Notes: generated by a model from the sequence alone, not told the origin. A DNA stretch of 64,000 nucleotides from Octopus vulgaris (GCA_951406725.2 OX597816.1:21762001-21826000), one strand, 5' to 3'; positions 29,941-44,941 are shown, counted from the first letter of the stretch. Program-made: numbers and translations.

Positions 29941-30310
29941 TCTCTCTATATATAAACGGCAGTTTGTCTGTGCGTGTTTCTGTGTGTCTGTTTGCTTGTA
30001 CCCTCACCCTGACCACGGCTTTCAACCGATTCTGATGAAACTTGACACACACATAGCCCAATGTCATAATTCAAAACTAACGCAGCGAAAATTTTGAAAA
30101 GTTCCCCCAGTTCTGAAAAAAATCGATAAAATCGACATGGGGTGGAGAATCAGAAACAAACCACAGACTGTCTAGGGGACGCAACTCAACCTTTTTTAAC
30201 TCAAAAAAAATTTACCATCATTTTTTTGCTATTTTTTGGCTATAACTCTCTAAAAATGCTTTATAGTTATTTCCCTTACAAACCTGAGCAACGCCGGGCG
30301 ATACTGCTAG
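29941..30310 (+). mobile_element. Non-autonomous Helitron
   Basis: A|TC start, subterminal hairpin CCTGAGCAACGCCGGG, CTAG|T end, no TSD. Confidence 0.85.
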
Positions 30311-30876
30311 TGTTATATATTTAAGTCCATTTTAGAACGGGCTGCTTGTTCATACATCCAGGTCTTCTATCGAATTTCAGTTACGTTAGTCACTAACATA
30401 TCTTGACATTTATTAACGAGTTACTTTGCAAGTGACATTTTGTTTCATTTATTTTTCATGTGAAATGACAATCATTTTCATGGTGTGTAGGTTTACTCAC
30501 GCCTATATATATATACGTGTATATATATATCTATATATATGGATGTGATGCGATGTGGATCGGTATATGTCTGTCTGTGGGTATGTGTGGGTGTATATTT
30601 GTATAGATATATGTGCGTGTGTTCACACGTATCGATATGATTGTGTTTATATATGACATATGATGCATATGTGTGTATATGTACATACGTTTACATTATG
30701 TTACACATACACATCCAGATATATGTTTCTACACAGACGTGCACAAAAGTGCGTTCACGCACATACATACAGATATATCCACACAAGTGTATATTTTTAT
30801 TCATATCGTTACACCCACGCTGAAATTTTTACGTAAAATATGTAAACATGGATACAGAACGTCTATCACACCTATC

Positions 30877-30951
<75 letters not shown>

Positions 30952-31027
30952 ATATCTGTCTATCTATCCATCTTTCGATTATATTTATATATCCAGTTAC
31001 TTATCTACCTATCTAACTATCTATACA

Positions 31028-31072
<45 letters not shown>

Positions 31073-31113
31073 AATTGCATAATAGTACATTTATCTGCAT
31101 AATTTATATTATA

Positions 31114-31152
<39 letters not shown>

Positions 31153-31551
31153 GCTATAGATTCACATATATATGCAGATATTAGTTCTAAATGTCAATAA
31201 CTTCTCATAACATTACGTGTTTTCTTGCCCGCTTTCTCTCTCTCTGTTAACTTTTCTTCCTCACTGATAGGTACAAATAGAGATAATCACATGTACACAC
31301 GTTTAGAAATATAAAAAGAAGCGTTCACATGATTCTAAATTATTCAACTTTTAGTTTTCCATTTAGGAAAGTGTAGACATTTTATGAAGTTATTCCATTT
31401 TCAATCTTCTTATGATAAAATATCACGTGTTTGACGAGTATAAAATGTTCACTTGTTATTTTACTGAATTTTACTTTTCCATTCGTTTGTTTGTAGCAGT
31501 TTCCGCCATTTCAATTCCAATTCCTTTTCTTCATTCTTGAAGGAATATAAT

Positions 31552-31597
<46 letters not shown>

Positions 31598-31721
31598 TAC
31601 ACACACACACGCAAATATAGATATTTGCACACATTTCTATATTTCTATATATGAATGCGAGTGCATTATGGCGGATAAGAAGAAAGATTTCAAAGTAGAC
31701 TTTATATATATATATATATAT

Positions 31722-31782
<61 letters not shown>

Positions 31783-31794
31783 TATATATAATTT

Positions 31795-32120
31795 TAATTG
31801 TTTCAGTAATTTGACTGCAGCCATGCTGGAGCAGCGCCTTTAGGTGACCAAATTCACCCCGCGATTTATACTTTGTGAGCCTAGTACTTATTCTATCGGT
31901 TAATTTTGTCGAACCGCTAATTGACGGGTACTTAAACACAACAACATCGGTTGTCAAACGATGCTGGTGAGTGGGGGGGGGCAAACACAGACACACAAAC
32001 ATACATACACACACACACACAAATATATATATATACATATGTATATATATATATACGTATACATATACGAAGGGCTTCTTCCAGCTTCTCTCTACCGAAT
32101 CCACTCACTAGGCTTTGCCC
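31795..32120 (-). mobile_element. SINE family A, 5'-truncated
   Basis: Tail and middle domain match. Confidence 0.8.
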
Positions 32121-32147
32121 ATATGTATATGTGTGTGCATGTATGTA

Positions 32148-32206
<59 letters not shown>

Positions 32207-32779
32207 GTATGTGTGCATGTATGTATACACATACACGCACACAAACATATACACACACACACAAACACATAGACATACACGCACACAAATATATGTGTCT
32301 AACTATGTTTGTAGGTATACGTGCAGAACGATGAAATCTCTTCTGGAAGAACGCTGTACGTTTTCCATTACGTGTTGTGGAATGTCAGAAGTGGTAGATT
32401 GCCAGATTAAATGCCTTGAAGCAATTCTGCTTAATCTGTTTACATGCTAAGTACTTAATTTCTGCTAGGCTGTCATTGCTTTTGTTCCATATGGGGCTCG
32501 ATAAAATGAAAAATTGTCCATAAACAGACGCCTAAGATCGATAAAATCGATCTCACGTCAGCTTGTGATAATGCGAGGCATTCTCAGTGATTGAATTGAA
32601 CATTTAGTCTGTCATGTACGCCAATTTTCAGGTTTGCCTTTTTTTTCATTTGTGATACCTTTTGAATGGTCACAGGTCCGACGCTGGGCTTCTTAGAACA
32701 CCGAACCGACTGAACTAATGTCGGCGCCATTAGAAGGAAAAAAATTTAAGTACTTTACCAGGAAGTCAAACTGGAAATT

Positions 32780-33093
32780 ATTTTTTATTTATGCGCCCTT
32801 TTCAAGCCTAGCGAAGCTCATGGGCCAGGTTTCTCGGTTTCTATGGCGTATGTGTTGCCCCCAGCTGGACGGGACGCCAGTCCATCGCAGAGTTACTCAT
32901 GAACAGGAAGAAAGAGTGAGAGAAAGTTGGAGCGAAATATTACATCAGGGGTCGCCACCACCCCTTGCCGGAGCCTCGTGGAGCTTTAGGTATTTTCCCT
33001 CAATAAAAACACACAACGCCCGGTCTGGGAATTGAAACCGCGTTCCTTCGACCACGAGTCCGCTTCTCTAACCACTGGGACATTGCGCCTCCG
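32780..33093 (-). mobile_element. SINE family C, tail type i
   Basis: Head CCACTGGGACATTGCGCCTCC; homologous to the other family C copies. Confidence 0.85.
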
Positions 33094-33136
33094 CCAAACT
33101 GCAAATACAGAAAATAAAGTGTTTATAACAATATAC

Positions 33137-33570
33137 GGATCTTTTTGGTTTGAACGGCAGTTTTTTTCTAGCGGTGTCATATGAAGATGTCACCCATAAT
33201 TATGACCCTAATATCGATCTATTGCATTTCAATCTGTTTTAGGGTTAGGGTTAGTTAGGGTTAGCGCTAGGGTTAGAGGTGGGTGGAAGGGTCTCTTATT
33301 TTTTCACAAATGTAAATAAACCCAATCTGTTTCTTAATCCATATTCATACGTTACAGAATGTTTTTAGCACAATAGACGTCAGTGATTGGTTGAAATTGC
33401 AGAAATTGAAGGAAAAAAACAACAACAAATATCTTACAAACTATAGAATTTTCTCAATAAAGCCAAGATAAAAAGATGTTTTATAAACACATTCTACCAG
33501 TATACGAAATTTAAAATTTTTTGGTTACCTAGAAGTTATGTTAAAACTGCCGTTCAAACCGAAAAGATCC
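33137..33570 (-). mobile_element. Merlin-like MITE with TTAGGG repeats
   Basis: GGATC...GATCC TIRs; 8-bp TSD CAATATAC. Confidence 0.9.
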
Positions 33571-34347
33571 CAATATACAGTAATCCATCGTCATATCGCG
33601 GTTCACCTATCATAGTTTATTATTTAAGCTCACGTCAGTTACTCCGTACTATTTCTATTTCGCGGATTTTCACTTATCGCAGGGAATTTTGGACATCACA
33701 CCCGCGATAATCGAAGGATTACTGCATATATGCTCAATATATGTTTTGTGAAGAGAATGGCAGTTTGTAATCTTTCTATCAATGAAAATAAGATAGCTGG
33801 AGAATGAGATACTGTTTACATAGTATTCGTAATGAGGGTGGCATACATGCATTATAAAACAAAACGCTGTTAGACAGATGGGTGACTACAGAACATGAGA
33901 AGAATAGCATTCATCTCCTGTAGAGACGAATATACTTACTCCTACTCATAAGTTCTTTTATCCTAAGAGCTATTTCTTTTTTTTTTTTTTTGCTCGAACT
34001 TCTACTCTCCGGAATTCATTAGCAAAGTATTGTTTTCTTCTCGTCTCTGATATTCAGTCGACATCTTTTAGAATTAATAGGCTCCTTCTTTTCCCGTTTT
34101 GTTGTCCCGTATGCTACACTGGCCTCAAGCCTTGTTTGGGACAAAATCGTATTAAAGTAAAATATTAAAGAAGATGTATAAAGTAATCAAGGTTAAGCTG
34201 AAAAATATACATTATCATTTATTTCTTGATTTTATATCTGGGAATGTTTATATAGACTTTTTCTACATTTATCGTTTCTTTTATAATATTTAAAAAAAAT
34301 TGTCAAGAAAGTTGCCATAGAATTTAGTCCACCTTATATTATGGACG

Positions 34348-34650
34348 TGTGGAGACACATGATCTAGTGGTTAGAGTAGCGGACTCGGGGTCGAGGGATC
34401 GCGGATTCGAATCTCAGACCGGGTGATGTGTGTATTTATAAGCGAAACAATTAAGTTCCACGCTGCTCCGGCATAATGTAATGGCGAACTTCTGCTGGCT
34501 CTTTCGCCACAACGTTCTCTCATTCTTTCCTCCCGCATCTTGCAGCTCACCTGCGACGGACCGGCGTCCCGTCCAGGTGGGGAACCTATACGCCAAGGAA
34601 ACCAGGAAGCCGGCCCTTATGAGCCAGACATAGCTTGAGAAGGAACAAAA
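34348..34650 (+). mobile_element. SINE family C, tail type i
   Basis: tRNA-like head; TSD-like TA(T/C)GGACGTGTG. Confidence 0.82.
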
Positions 34651-35049
34651 AAAATACGGACGTGTGTTAAATCTCTCATTAAAAGTTTCACTTCACTAGA
34701 GCTTCTGTTCCTCGAGTCCACACTTATAAGTACACACGTCCTGAAGCTTCCTAACAGATGTTACTCCAAAAGTCTACTCGAATTACGTGTACTTTTATCC
34801 GACCCAGATTAGACGTATATAAACGGGTCTACACTGCTAGAACAAAAAGAATATGTGGTTTTTACGTGAACGACAGATTTCAGTATTATCTAATAGTCCT
34901 GTGCTTTCTAGTTTAGGTAGGACAACTATTATGAGGTGAGTTTCGCTATAACATACACTAATAGCTTATTTTATGGACGACAAAAGGATAAGAAGTTGAC
35001 CTCAGGGGAATTTAAAGAAATAAATAATGCCGAAGTAAATAATCTATTT

Positions 35050-35660
35050 TACTCTAGGCACAAGGCCCGAAATTTCAGGGGAGGGGCCATTCGACTAGAA
35101 TGGCCCCAGTGCGTAACTGGTACTTAATTTATCGACCCCGAAAGGATGAAAGGCAAAGTCGACCTCGGCAGAATTTGAACTCAGAACGTATAGACAGACG
35201 AATTACCGCTAAGCACTTCGCCCGGCGTGCTAACGTTTCTTATTCCTTTATTGCCCACAAGGGACAATACGTAGAGGGGAAAAACAAGGACAGACAAAGG
35301 GATTAAGTCGATCACATCGACTCCAGTACGTAGCTGGTACTTAATTTATCAACCCTCCCGAAAAGATGAAAAGCAAAATCGACCTCGGCAGAGTTTGAAC
35401 TCAGAACGTAAAAACAGACGAAATACCTATTTCTTTACTACCCACAAGGGGCTAAACAGAGACGGGGCAAACAAGGAGAGACAAACGGATTGAATCGATT
35501 ATATCGACCCCAGTGCGTAACTGGTATTATTTAATCGAGCCCGAAAGGATGAAAGGTAAATCGACCTCGGCGGATTTTGAACTCAGAACGTAACGGTAGA
35601 CGAAATATGGCTACGCATTTCGCTCGGCGTGCTAACGTTTCTACCAGCTCGCCGCCCTTC
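35050..35660 (-). mobile_element. SINE family B trimer
   Basis: Three tandem units with two junction types. Confidence 0.9.
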
Positions 35661-36419
35661 CACCATTTAATATTATCTAATAATGGTTTAAAATGTTGGT
35701 ACAAATCCAGCAATTTTAGAATGAGGGGGTTAGTCGATTATATCCAACCTACTTCTAAACTAACACTTATTTCATCAATTCAGATCGGATATAAGGCAAA
35801 GCGCACCTTGCAGTAATCAGAACCCAAAACGCCAGAATAGATCAGAGAATGCTTTCTTTCCAACGCTCTAACTATTCTACCAACTCGCCGCATTTTAATA
35901 CTATTTAATAATAAAAATAAATTACACGCTGTTCTTTTGTGTTCTGCTATTCAGAACGGAACATCGCGTATTTGTGTCTGTATATCTGTGTGCCTGCGTG
36001 TATGTCTACGTGTGGGCCACATAGATGGGAATGAAGAGAATGTGATGAGATACAAACTAAAATTATCTTTACGAGATAATCCTGTTTATGGTTTTGTTGT
36101 GTTTCCTACTTTTTTTTTAATTTAATTTTTGTCAGGTTACTTTGTTGGAACAAGAAACATGTTTACTTCTACAATAATTACTACTATTGTTATTCTATTG
36201 TGCTTCTGGACAAAACAGCACAAAACTGCCTGATTCAGCTGATTTAGCTAACAACAAGTTTTACGTTGCCACTCGACCTACTAGTGTTAGCAGTAAAAAA
36301 TCTCCCTCAAATTTGACATGACCGTCTTATAAGAAAAAAAAAAAAACGATACATATTGGACAAAGCAATTTTATATTTTATAAAACGGACAGTACGTTAG
36401 TGCTCTATTTATATTTTCT

Positions 36420-36641
36420 ATTTCTTTATTACCCACAAGGGGCTAAACACAGAGAGGACAAACAAACGGATTAAGTCAATTATATCGACCCCAGTGCGTA
36501 ACTGGTACTTATTTAATCGACCCCGAAAGGATGAAAGGCAAAGTCGACCTCGGCGGAATTTGAACTCAGAACGTAGCGGCAGACGAAATACAGCTACGCA
36601 TTTCGTCCGACGCGCTAACGTTTCTGCCAGCTCACCGCCTT
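36420..36641 (-). mobile_element. SINE family B monomer
   Basis: TSD CTATTTATATTTTC. Confidence 0.9.
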
Positions 36642-37191
36642 CTATTTATATTTTCGATTATAGTTTTACACTACCAGAGTCGGCCTGAGGTTAAGCAATA
36701 AGCTCAACAATGATATGGTTCGTTTCATAATAAGAATATGTATCCTCAGCGTTATGGGTACAAAATGCTTAGCTTCATTTCGTCTATCTTTACGTTCTGT
36801 GCTCAAATCCACAGAGATCAATTTTTGTCTTTCCTCCTGTAGGGGATCTAGGAAATACGTGCCAGCTGAACACTAAGGTCGACGTAATCGACTTAAAACC
36901 TAACCCAAATTTGCTGGCCTAATGCCAAAGTTTGAAGCCAATTTCAACAGCAAGTCAAATTTTGGCTATTTAAGTTCAAAGAACGGCCAGAAGGATTCGT
37001 AGCATTTTATGAGACAATTTGTTATAAATGATGTTTTGTTAGGCGAAGTTCTCATCAGTGGTTACACCAAACATTAACATAGAATTTAGAGACAGAATAA
37101 CACGCGTCGCATCATTGTATGTTATAATTTTTCGAATTCACCGCGCAAGCGAGTCAGCAGCAAATGAAGATATGCCGACTATATATAAATA

Positions 37192-37584
37192 CTAGCAGTA
37201 TCGCCCGGCGTTGCTCGGGTTTGTAAGGGAAATAACTATATAAGCATTTTTAGTGAATTATAGCAAAAAAATAGCAAAAAAATGGATTAAAAATGGAATA
37301 AAAAATGATAGTAATTTTTTTTTAAATCGTTGACTCATCGTAGACATTTTTAGAGAGTTACTTCCCTTATATAATAGCGAAAAAATGCATTAAAATGGAA
37401 AAAATTATGGTAATTTTTTTTTAAATCGTAGACTCATCGTAGACGCGCGCTAATACCCAGAAGGGCTCGATATGAATCACGACTATAAGATACCCGGTTT
37501 TGGTTAAACTGCACCGCAAAATATGAGAGTAGTTAGGAATCTAAATCGTAGGAGACAGACACACAACTTCACTTTATATAAAGA
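37192..37584 (-). mobile_element. Non-autonomous Helitron
   Basis: Minus strand A|TCTTTATATAAA start; CCCGAGCAACGCCGGGCGATACTGCTAG|T end shared with 29941-30310. Confidence 0.85.
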
Positions 37585-37918
37585 TTTGTGCAACAACTAA
37601 AACATTCGGTTGTGCAAATTGTTTGCACAGGAAACCTGCCCTGTGTGGCAGTTTTTGCCGTTTTTGTGGATCTGTTTCAGCTTTTTTAGCGATTTCTGTT
37701 TTGGCGACTTCAAGCCATGAAGTCGTTGTTCTAAAAGAACACTGGTCTCCTTGACAACGCTTTACGACGTTGATTTCCCTACCCTGCCTTCCCCACAGCT
37801 TCACGAGGGAGGGAAGAAGGGTGAGAAGCAACACAGGTGCAGGTGTGAGCATGGACGCCAACTCCGCCGCCATCGACACACGAAAAAATTGGAAAAAAAT
37901 GGAAAAAAATGATGTTAA

Positions 37919-37971
<53 letters not shown>

Positions 37972-39047
37972 CCTTCCAGTTTACTCTTACTAATTTCACT
38001 GAAAAGCATTGGTCGTCCTTCGTCTGAAAGTGATTTCTAACAGACACGACACGTAAAATTTAAGAGATGCTTATTGTCGATACTTATTACATCGATTCCA
38101 GATTTATAAAACACAATGTCGGTAATGAAAACGACAATAACTTAAAGTTGTAAGGCATTTTCTCCGACTCTGTATCAGTTTTGACATTTATTTTTACATT
38201 GTAAAAACTTATAACATTGACTGAAGTTTTCTCATTATGGGCGAGAAGTATAGACGATTGAATCAATCCCAGTAGTAGACTGTTGCGAACTGTATCAACT
38301 CTGGTTGGATGAAAAATAAAGCCGACCTTTCTTTGTTTCGTAGTTCGTTAAAATGAGTAGCGATTAATTGCTTGGATCAATTCTCTTGACAACGTCTCTC
38401 TGTTTTAGAATGTAAAGTCCTTATGCGAATATTAGTCTTCGTGACAGCTTTCATTTAGTAAACACACCCAGTAATACACTACTCAAAATGATTTGCTAAC
38501 TGAATAATTCCGTTGTAATTAGTAACCACCAGAGTTTGTAAGCATTAAGTAAAATGTCATTATGTTCAATGATCGGACATATTCCAATAGATTATGGCAT
38601 AAATGTTCAATCGAGGTGATTGATTAGAGAACGCCTTCATAGATAATTATTACGATCGAATTAGAAGTCTGATCAATAGCTAGTAAATTAGAATAATGAT
38701 ATTATACTAATTTAATTTGGAGACAAAGCCTGCAAATAAAAGGTTACAAAATTGACCAATGTTCTAATATTGTTCATGTCAATTTAATGATGATTTCTGC
38801 CATTTGTACACGGTACAAGACCACGTATTTAGGTATGGTCTTTGGTGTAGTTCATAACATGCCCTCTACAGGTTGACTAATTGGTGAAAATCAAAGTGAG
38901 TAAGGATTTTTATTTAAAACCTTCAAGGTATTTTGGCTCACTGTCCAAACCTAATCCCGTTTATATATTCCAGTTTGGTTACATTCATCTGCCTTTCAAA
39001 TAATCCATATACAAACGTACAAGTCAGGCTTCTTTCGTTACGGTCTT

Positions 39048-39193
39048 CCACTGAGGTCGACTTTGCCTTTCATCCTTTCGGGGTCGATTAAATAAGTACC
39101 AGTTACGCACTGGCATCGATATAATCGACTTAATCCGTTTGTCTGTCCTTGTTCGTCCCCTGTGTTTAGCCCCTTGTGAGTAGTAAAGAAATA
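39048..39193 (+). mobile_element. 5'-truncated SINE B with 6-bp TSD
   Basis: TSD GGTCTT; empty site preserved in the paralogue at 47232-47388. Confidence 0.9.
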
Positions 39194-39854
39194 GGTCTTA
39201 TTTAAAAAAATGCTACAAAACACCAGGCACAATCACATAGACGTGATAACTAGCTTTACCCACAAATTTCAGCCTTTAAATATGCAGCACGCCAATAAAA
39301 CTGACAGGTGTCTACATGTATGTACTGATATGTGCATTCATAGATATATAGGGTGAAAAACAGAAAGTTAGCGAGGTTATTGGTTCAATGGATAGATAGA
39401 ATTCTATGAAATCTCTTCATAAACATCTTATCTAAACATATCATACATTCTCGCACGCATACGCGCTCGTACGCACACACACAAACTTACACACACATCA
39501 GCATATAAACCTTCACTTACCTATACAAAATCAAAATTGAAAAATGAAACACACAGATATTCATCAGGACAAGATTTATGTTGAATTTTTGCTTAAGGTC
39601 AGCATAAATCAAATCCACATCTATAGAGCTATATTGCGCTCACCATTTTAAGATTCTTATTGAATCTATCCGTAAACAGTTCCCTCAGAAACTACCGTTC
39701 GTTCGGACCAAATACATATCGGTAATATTAATAAATAAAATTTGTTTTGGAGGATCACATACCAAGCAGGTGATTTGATCTGAGAAAATTACAGTGTTGA
39801 AGACGCATAGTCATTAAGAAGAGACTGTTAACTTTGCTTAAAAACTTATTTTTT

Positions 39855-39899
39855 GTATCAAACTTTTCGTTGCATCGACTACAACCTGGTCAGTGATGC
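39855..39899 (-). ncRNA. Degenerate minimal hammerhead motif
   Basis: GCATCA-CTGACCA-G-GTTGTA gtcga TGCAAC-GAAA-AGTT|TGATAC; core G8 substituted. Confidence 0.5.
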
Positions 39900-40100
39900 G
39901 ATTCCACAGTCTTTGTGTGTTTTTGGGTGGCTAATCACCTTGTAAATGTATACAATTTGTATCATAACTCACTAATAGTTACTAGCTTCGTACAAAAAGC
40001 ACAAGAAAGGCTACAATGGAATATTAATTCACTCAAGGAACCATGCTGCTTGTTCTACTACACATAGCAATCATTCTAGGTTGCATAAAACAGCAGACTT

Positions 40101-40215
40101 ATTTGAGACACCAGTGTACGATCAACATTTTGAGAGACCAGCAGACGATCAACATTTTGAGAGACCAGCAGACGATCGAAATTTTGAGAGACCAGCAGAC
40201 GATCAACATTTTGAA
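40101..40215 (+). repeat. 27-bp minisatellite, about 4 copies
   Basis: TTTTGAGAGACCAGCAGACGATCAACA. Confidence 0.9.
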
Positions 40216-40920
40216 GTCACTTGACACAGACGCGAGACACTCTCCTCATGCAGTCGTTTATATCGCTACTACAGTATATTCTCTTCCCCCGGAGAGGAAT
40301 CGCCACTTACATCTTCGCCACAAAACTTAGTGGCATCCCTGCTATCTTGTGAACTATACTTTGTCCAACACTACCATGTATTCCACACAACCCTCGTCTC
40401 ACCCATCCAATTTTTCTAAAGCGTCAACCCTGAGAATATATTTTGATTTTTGCTTCATTTTATCGACAGCCATCAGCACACAGTTGATCAAGGAGAATAA
40501 TAATGACGGGAATCTTAGCGATCTTGTATTGCCTGCGAACGACACGATCAAAGCAGTATCTTCTACATTAATTCCCCATCCAAAATAAATGAATAGATAA
40601 AATGATCTACAAAATTTAATGTCCTTAGCAGAGCTGAATATTACTTTCAAGAAACTCAGTAAATAAATTGCCATTAGCTGTTTTTTAATTTCTTCTACAG
40701 TTAAATTATTACGATATTTGAAATTCATAAAAGCTCCTACAGTGAACCTGATGTTTGGTGGTGGTGGCGGTGGTGATGGTGATGGGGGGGGGGGACGAGG
40801 TTAAAATGAAGACGACATGATGTTGATATTGCCTATATTAATACTTTGGCTGTTGTTCTCGGTTAGCCCCAGATGAATTCATATCGAACACATAAACACA
40901 ACGGCATTCCAATCGTGGCA

Positions 40921-41640
40921 GGATCTTTTCACCTTGACCGGCAGATTTTTTAAATAATATCTTTGTAACCAAACACTTTTAAACTTCGTATACTGGTTGA
41001 ATGTATTACATAAAACACCTTTTTCTCTTGGATTTCTTGAGAAAATATTGTAGTTGTTAAGCTATTTCTTGTTAAATTTCTTGCATTTCGGCAATTTCAA
41101 CCAATCAATGACGTCTATTGAGGTGAATACAATTTCTGCGGTTCTTTGTCAACAACAATTTATTACGGTGTCTACTCAATTTGTCACTGTTATTTATGAC
41201 ATATTTCATATCAGTTACGTTCGTATGAATAAAAGATTATCGTTATTAAACTTTTATTAATAAATACATATTCTAAGCTCACAACATATGCAGTTTTAAT
41301 TTCCCTCTCTGTTGCACAGATACACACATTACATATTATATATTCGTTTAAGAAACAGACTGGGTTTATTCACATTTCTGAACAGAAAAAATACCCATCC
41401 CCTAACCCTAACCCTAAAACAGATTGAAATACAATATATCGATACTAGGGTCATAATTATGGGTGGACACTAAATGAGAGAACGATTTTGTTATCCAGCT
41501 CTGTTTACGAGTGACCCCTCAGTTTATGGCCACGCACGTTTATTTGTTTACATTTGAAGAAGATCGTCACTTTCCGTAAAAATTTTATTTTTTTATATAT
41601 GTGGGGTTAGGGGTGGAGGGTATCTTTTTTCTCATGAATA
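40921..41640 (+). mobile_element. Longer, partial member of the Merlin-like MITE family
   Basis: Left TIR GGATCTTTTC..GGCAGATTTTT, shared internal blocks and TAACCC; no right TIR or TSD found. Confidence 0.7.
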
Positions 41641-42309
41641 TTTGACCGTTAAATCTAACAAAATTAGTGACTATGCAGATGCTCTCTCAATACTTCTTTC
41701 TTTCTCCTCTCTTCTTTCTCCCTGCCTCTCTCTCTCCCTCCCACTCTCCCCCGCTCTCTCTCTCTCTCTCTCTCTCTCTTTTCCTTCTCTCTATCTCTCA
41801 CTGGCTCCATGAAAATGTTGACAGACATAATCAGTAATTAACGCTGTTCTAGTGACTTCGGCTATGAAAGCAGCAACGACTGAGAAACGATGACATTATG
41901 GGCGTTAATTAATCAATTATTTAATATATAATTACAATAGAATGAATTCGTTTGACAAGTTACTCAGATTTACACAATATTCACATGTCCTTATCACAGT
42001 GGTTTAAATATTTGCTACATTAGTTTAACTTGCGCATTTTTCGATAGAAATCTTTGCTGTCCTGTAGTGCTAAGTTGCTTAATATTCACGTCTTTATTGG
42101 CAAAAAAGCCCTAATTTACTCAGGAAATATTTCATTCAGAATAACAATTTTTAAAAAAATGAATAAATATATGAAACTTTGTTAAAGCACTCCACATGGA
42201 TTTAGCAATTCTCAAACATATTAAACAAGAATTTGGAAACCAGCACTGGATTTCTATGAAAGGTGAAGATGATACGTTAGATACAATGACTTGTCTAAAT
42301 ACAAACAAC

Positions 42310-42540
42310 ACTCATACATACATACATACATACATACATGTATACATACATACATACATGTATACATAAATACATACATGCATGTATACATACATACATA
42401 CATGCATGTATACATACATACATACATGCATGTATACATACATACATGCATGCATGTATACATACATGCATACATGTATACATACATGCATGCATGCATG
42501 CATGCATACATACATACATACATACATATATACATACATG
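42310..42540. repeat. (CATA)n/(CATG)n compound repeat with about 20-bp periodicity
   Basis: Direct reading. Confidence 0.9.
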
Positions 42541-44384
42541 GTGGCTGCCTCCTCGTTATCGAGTATGGCCATTGCACGAAGCTTAATCAATGTCGTTATA
42601 GTGAAATGCCTGTGCAAAAAGATTTCTTTTAAAGTAAGGAAAGGCTGTGCACTGAGTCAATCCCACTCACTGAGCAACAGCAGCCATAATCTGAAAAGAA
42701 GAACAAGTCAACATCATCGGTAACCACTGAGCCGCAGCATTTTATGTCGGAGTTACCCCAGTTACCTGAGTTACCTTCACCTAGAAGGATGCCCTAACAA
42801 AGACTGCGAGTCCTTCACTCCCAATGGTTTAACCTCGCGATCGGGTATTCAGTCCGATTATTTCTATGTCCCCGCGCATGATACAGCCTTAATACATTTA
42901 TTCGATGACCGTTGACTCCGAAGAGTTCCTCCGCCATTTAACGGGTTTTGTTTTTCATCCCGCAGAGTGTCCAATAAACACCCTCCTCACCAAACAAGCT
43001 TGGTGGGGTTGCCAGTTTAGTCGCCGACAGGTTGTACTGGGTTACATGTTACTAGTAGCACTCGAAAGTGACCTGACATACATACATACATGCATGCATA
43101 CGTACGTACATAGTACATAAATACGTAATACATACGTACGTACGTACATACATACATACATACATACATACATACATACATACTGCCTAAATACCAATCT
43201 TGAGAAATTAGGCTTCTCGAAACCAGAAAAGAGAAAGTTACTTAGAAGATTACAGATCCAATCCATCACTGGAAATGTAAAGATCTGTAAAAGATTCTAG
43301 AAGTTTACTATTTAAATATATATGAGCATGTGTAGATATGTAACTACATGCATGAGAATACATATATAAAACATACAAATCTGCACATACGTATATAGAA
43401 ACAAAAATACCCAGTTTATTATGTTGAAATTTCAATGAAGGAATCTTGGATTTAGGTTAGAAACCGGTTCTTTCTCTATTGGCAAGAAATCTGGAAATAA
43501 ACTGAATAATGACATACATAGATACATATATGCACACACACACACACATACCCACACATATGTATATATATTTCTAGCTTTCCACTTTTTATTGCTCACG
43601 TTTATAATTGATAGCACTATAGAATGTTGCCATTTTATGATTCATAATTTGTGTCAGCTAAGATCAACCTGATTTCGACGCAACATTTAAAAAATAATGA
43701 AGTGTTAAGAGCTCAATAAGTTGTGTGAATGGTGTTTTATGAAAAGATCGTTTCAACGTATATGTAGTAATTGCATGAAATTATTTAAGTATTTTTTTTT
43801 ATGTTGCGTGTCGGTCTTATACGACCAAACATTTGATCGTATTTTACCTAGCTGTAGATTATCTAATTCCTTTGTGTGTACTGCAAAACAGTAGGAGTTA
43901 AGATGAGTAAGATTTTGCTGCTATTTCAAGCAACGTGTGCAATCCGGAACAGGCTGCTTTACTGGTTAGTATCTTTAAATGTATACGGCATAAGTCTTTT
44001 CAAGATATCTGTCTTACTTGACAAGTAAATTTCTTGCATATATTTATTATCAAATATTGATTTCAAATGTTAGCACAAGAAGAGCAATTTCTGGTAGGTA
44101 GGTCAGTCGGTTACAACATCTCCGGTGCTCGACAGGCACTTATTTTGTCAACCCCGAAAGGATGAAGGTCACAGTCGACCTCGGCAGAATTTCAGCTCCA
44201 CTCACCGCCTCATCAATTGTCAGATGTTGGTTTCAAATTTTGGCACAAGGCCGGCAATTTCGGAGGATGAGCAGGTAAGTCGAATACACCGACTCTAGTG
44301 TTCGACTGATTCTTCTTTTATCGACCTCGAAAGGATGAACGGCAAAGTCGACTTTGGTGTTATTTCATACAGGGAATACTTCTC

Positions 44385-44604
44385 TTTTACTCTTTTCTTT
44401 ATTTCAGTCATTTTACTGCGGCCATGCTGGAGCACCGCCTTTAGTCGAGCAAATCAAACCCATGGTTTATTCTTTGGCGGCCTAGTACTTATTCTATCGG
44501 GCTCTTTCGCCGAACCGATAAGTTACGGGGACGTAAACATACCAGCATCGGTGGTCAAACGATGTTGGGGAGAAATTAAGGCACAAACATATACACACAC
44601 ATAC

Positions 44605-44678
<74 letters not shown>

Positions 44679-44842
44679 GACGGGCTTCTTTCAGTTTCCG
44701 TCTCTCAAATCCACTCAAAAGGCTTTGGTCGACCCGAGGCTATAGTAGAAGACATTTGCCCAAGATGCCACGCAATGAGAATGAACCCGGAACTATGTGG
44801 TTGGTAAGCAAGCTACTTACCACACAGCCACTCCTGCACCTA
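44385..44842 (-). mobile_element. SINE family A
   Basis: Full-length reverse match with internal (TA)n. Confidence 0.9.
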
Positions 44843-44941
44843 TTCTAATAATTTTGCCTGGCTGCTAGCGATTATGCCAGTTCTCCTCCTTAGGCAATTA
44901 TCAAATATTAAAATTTGTTGTTAATCATGTATAGAAACACA

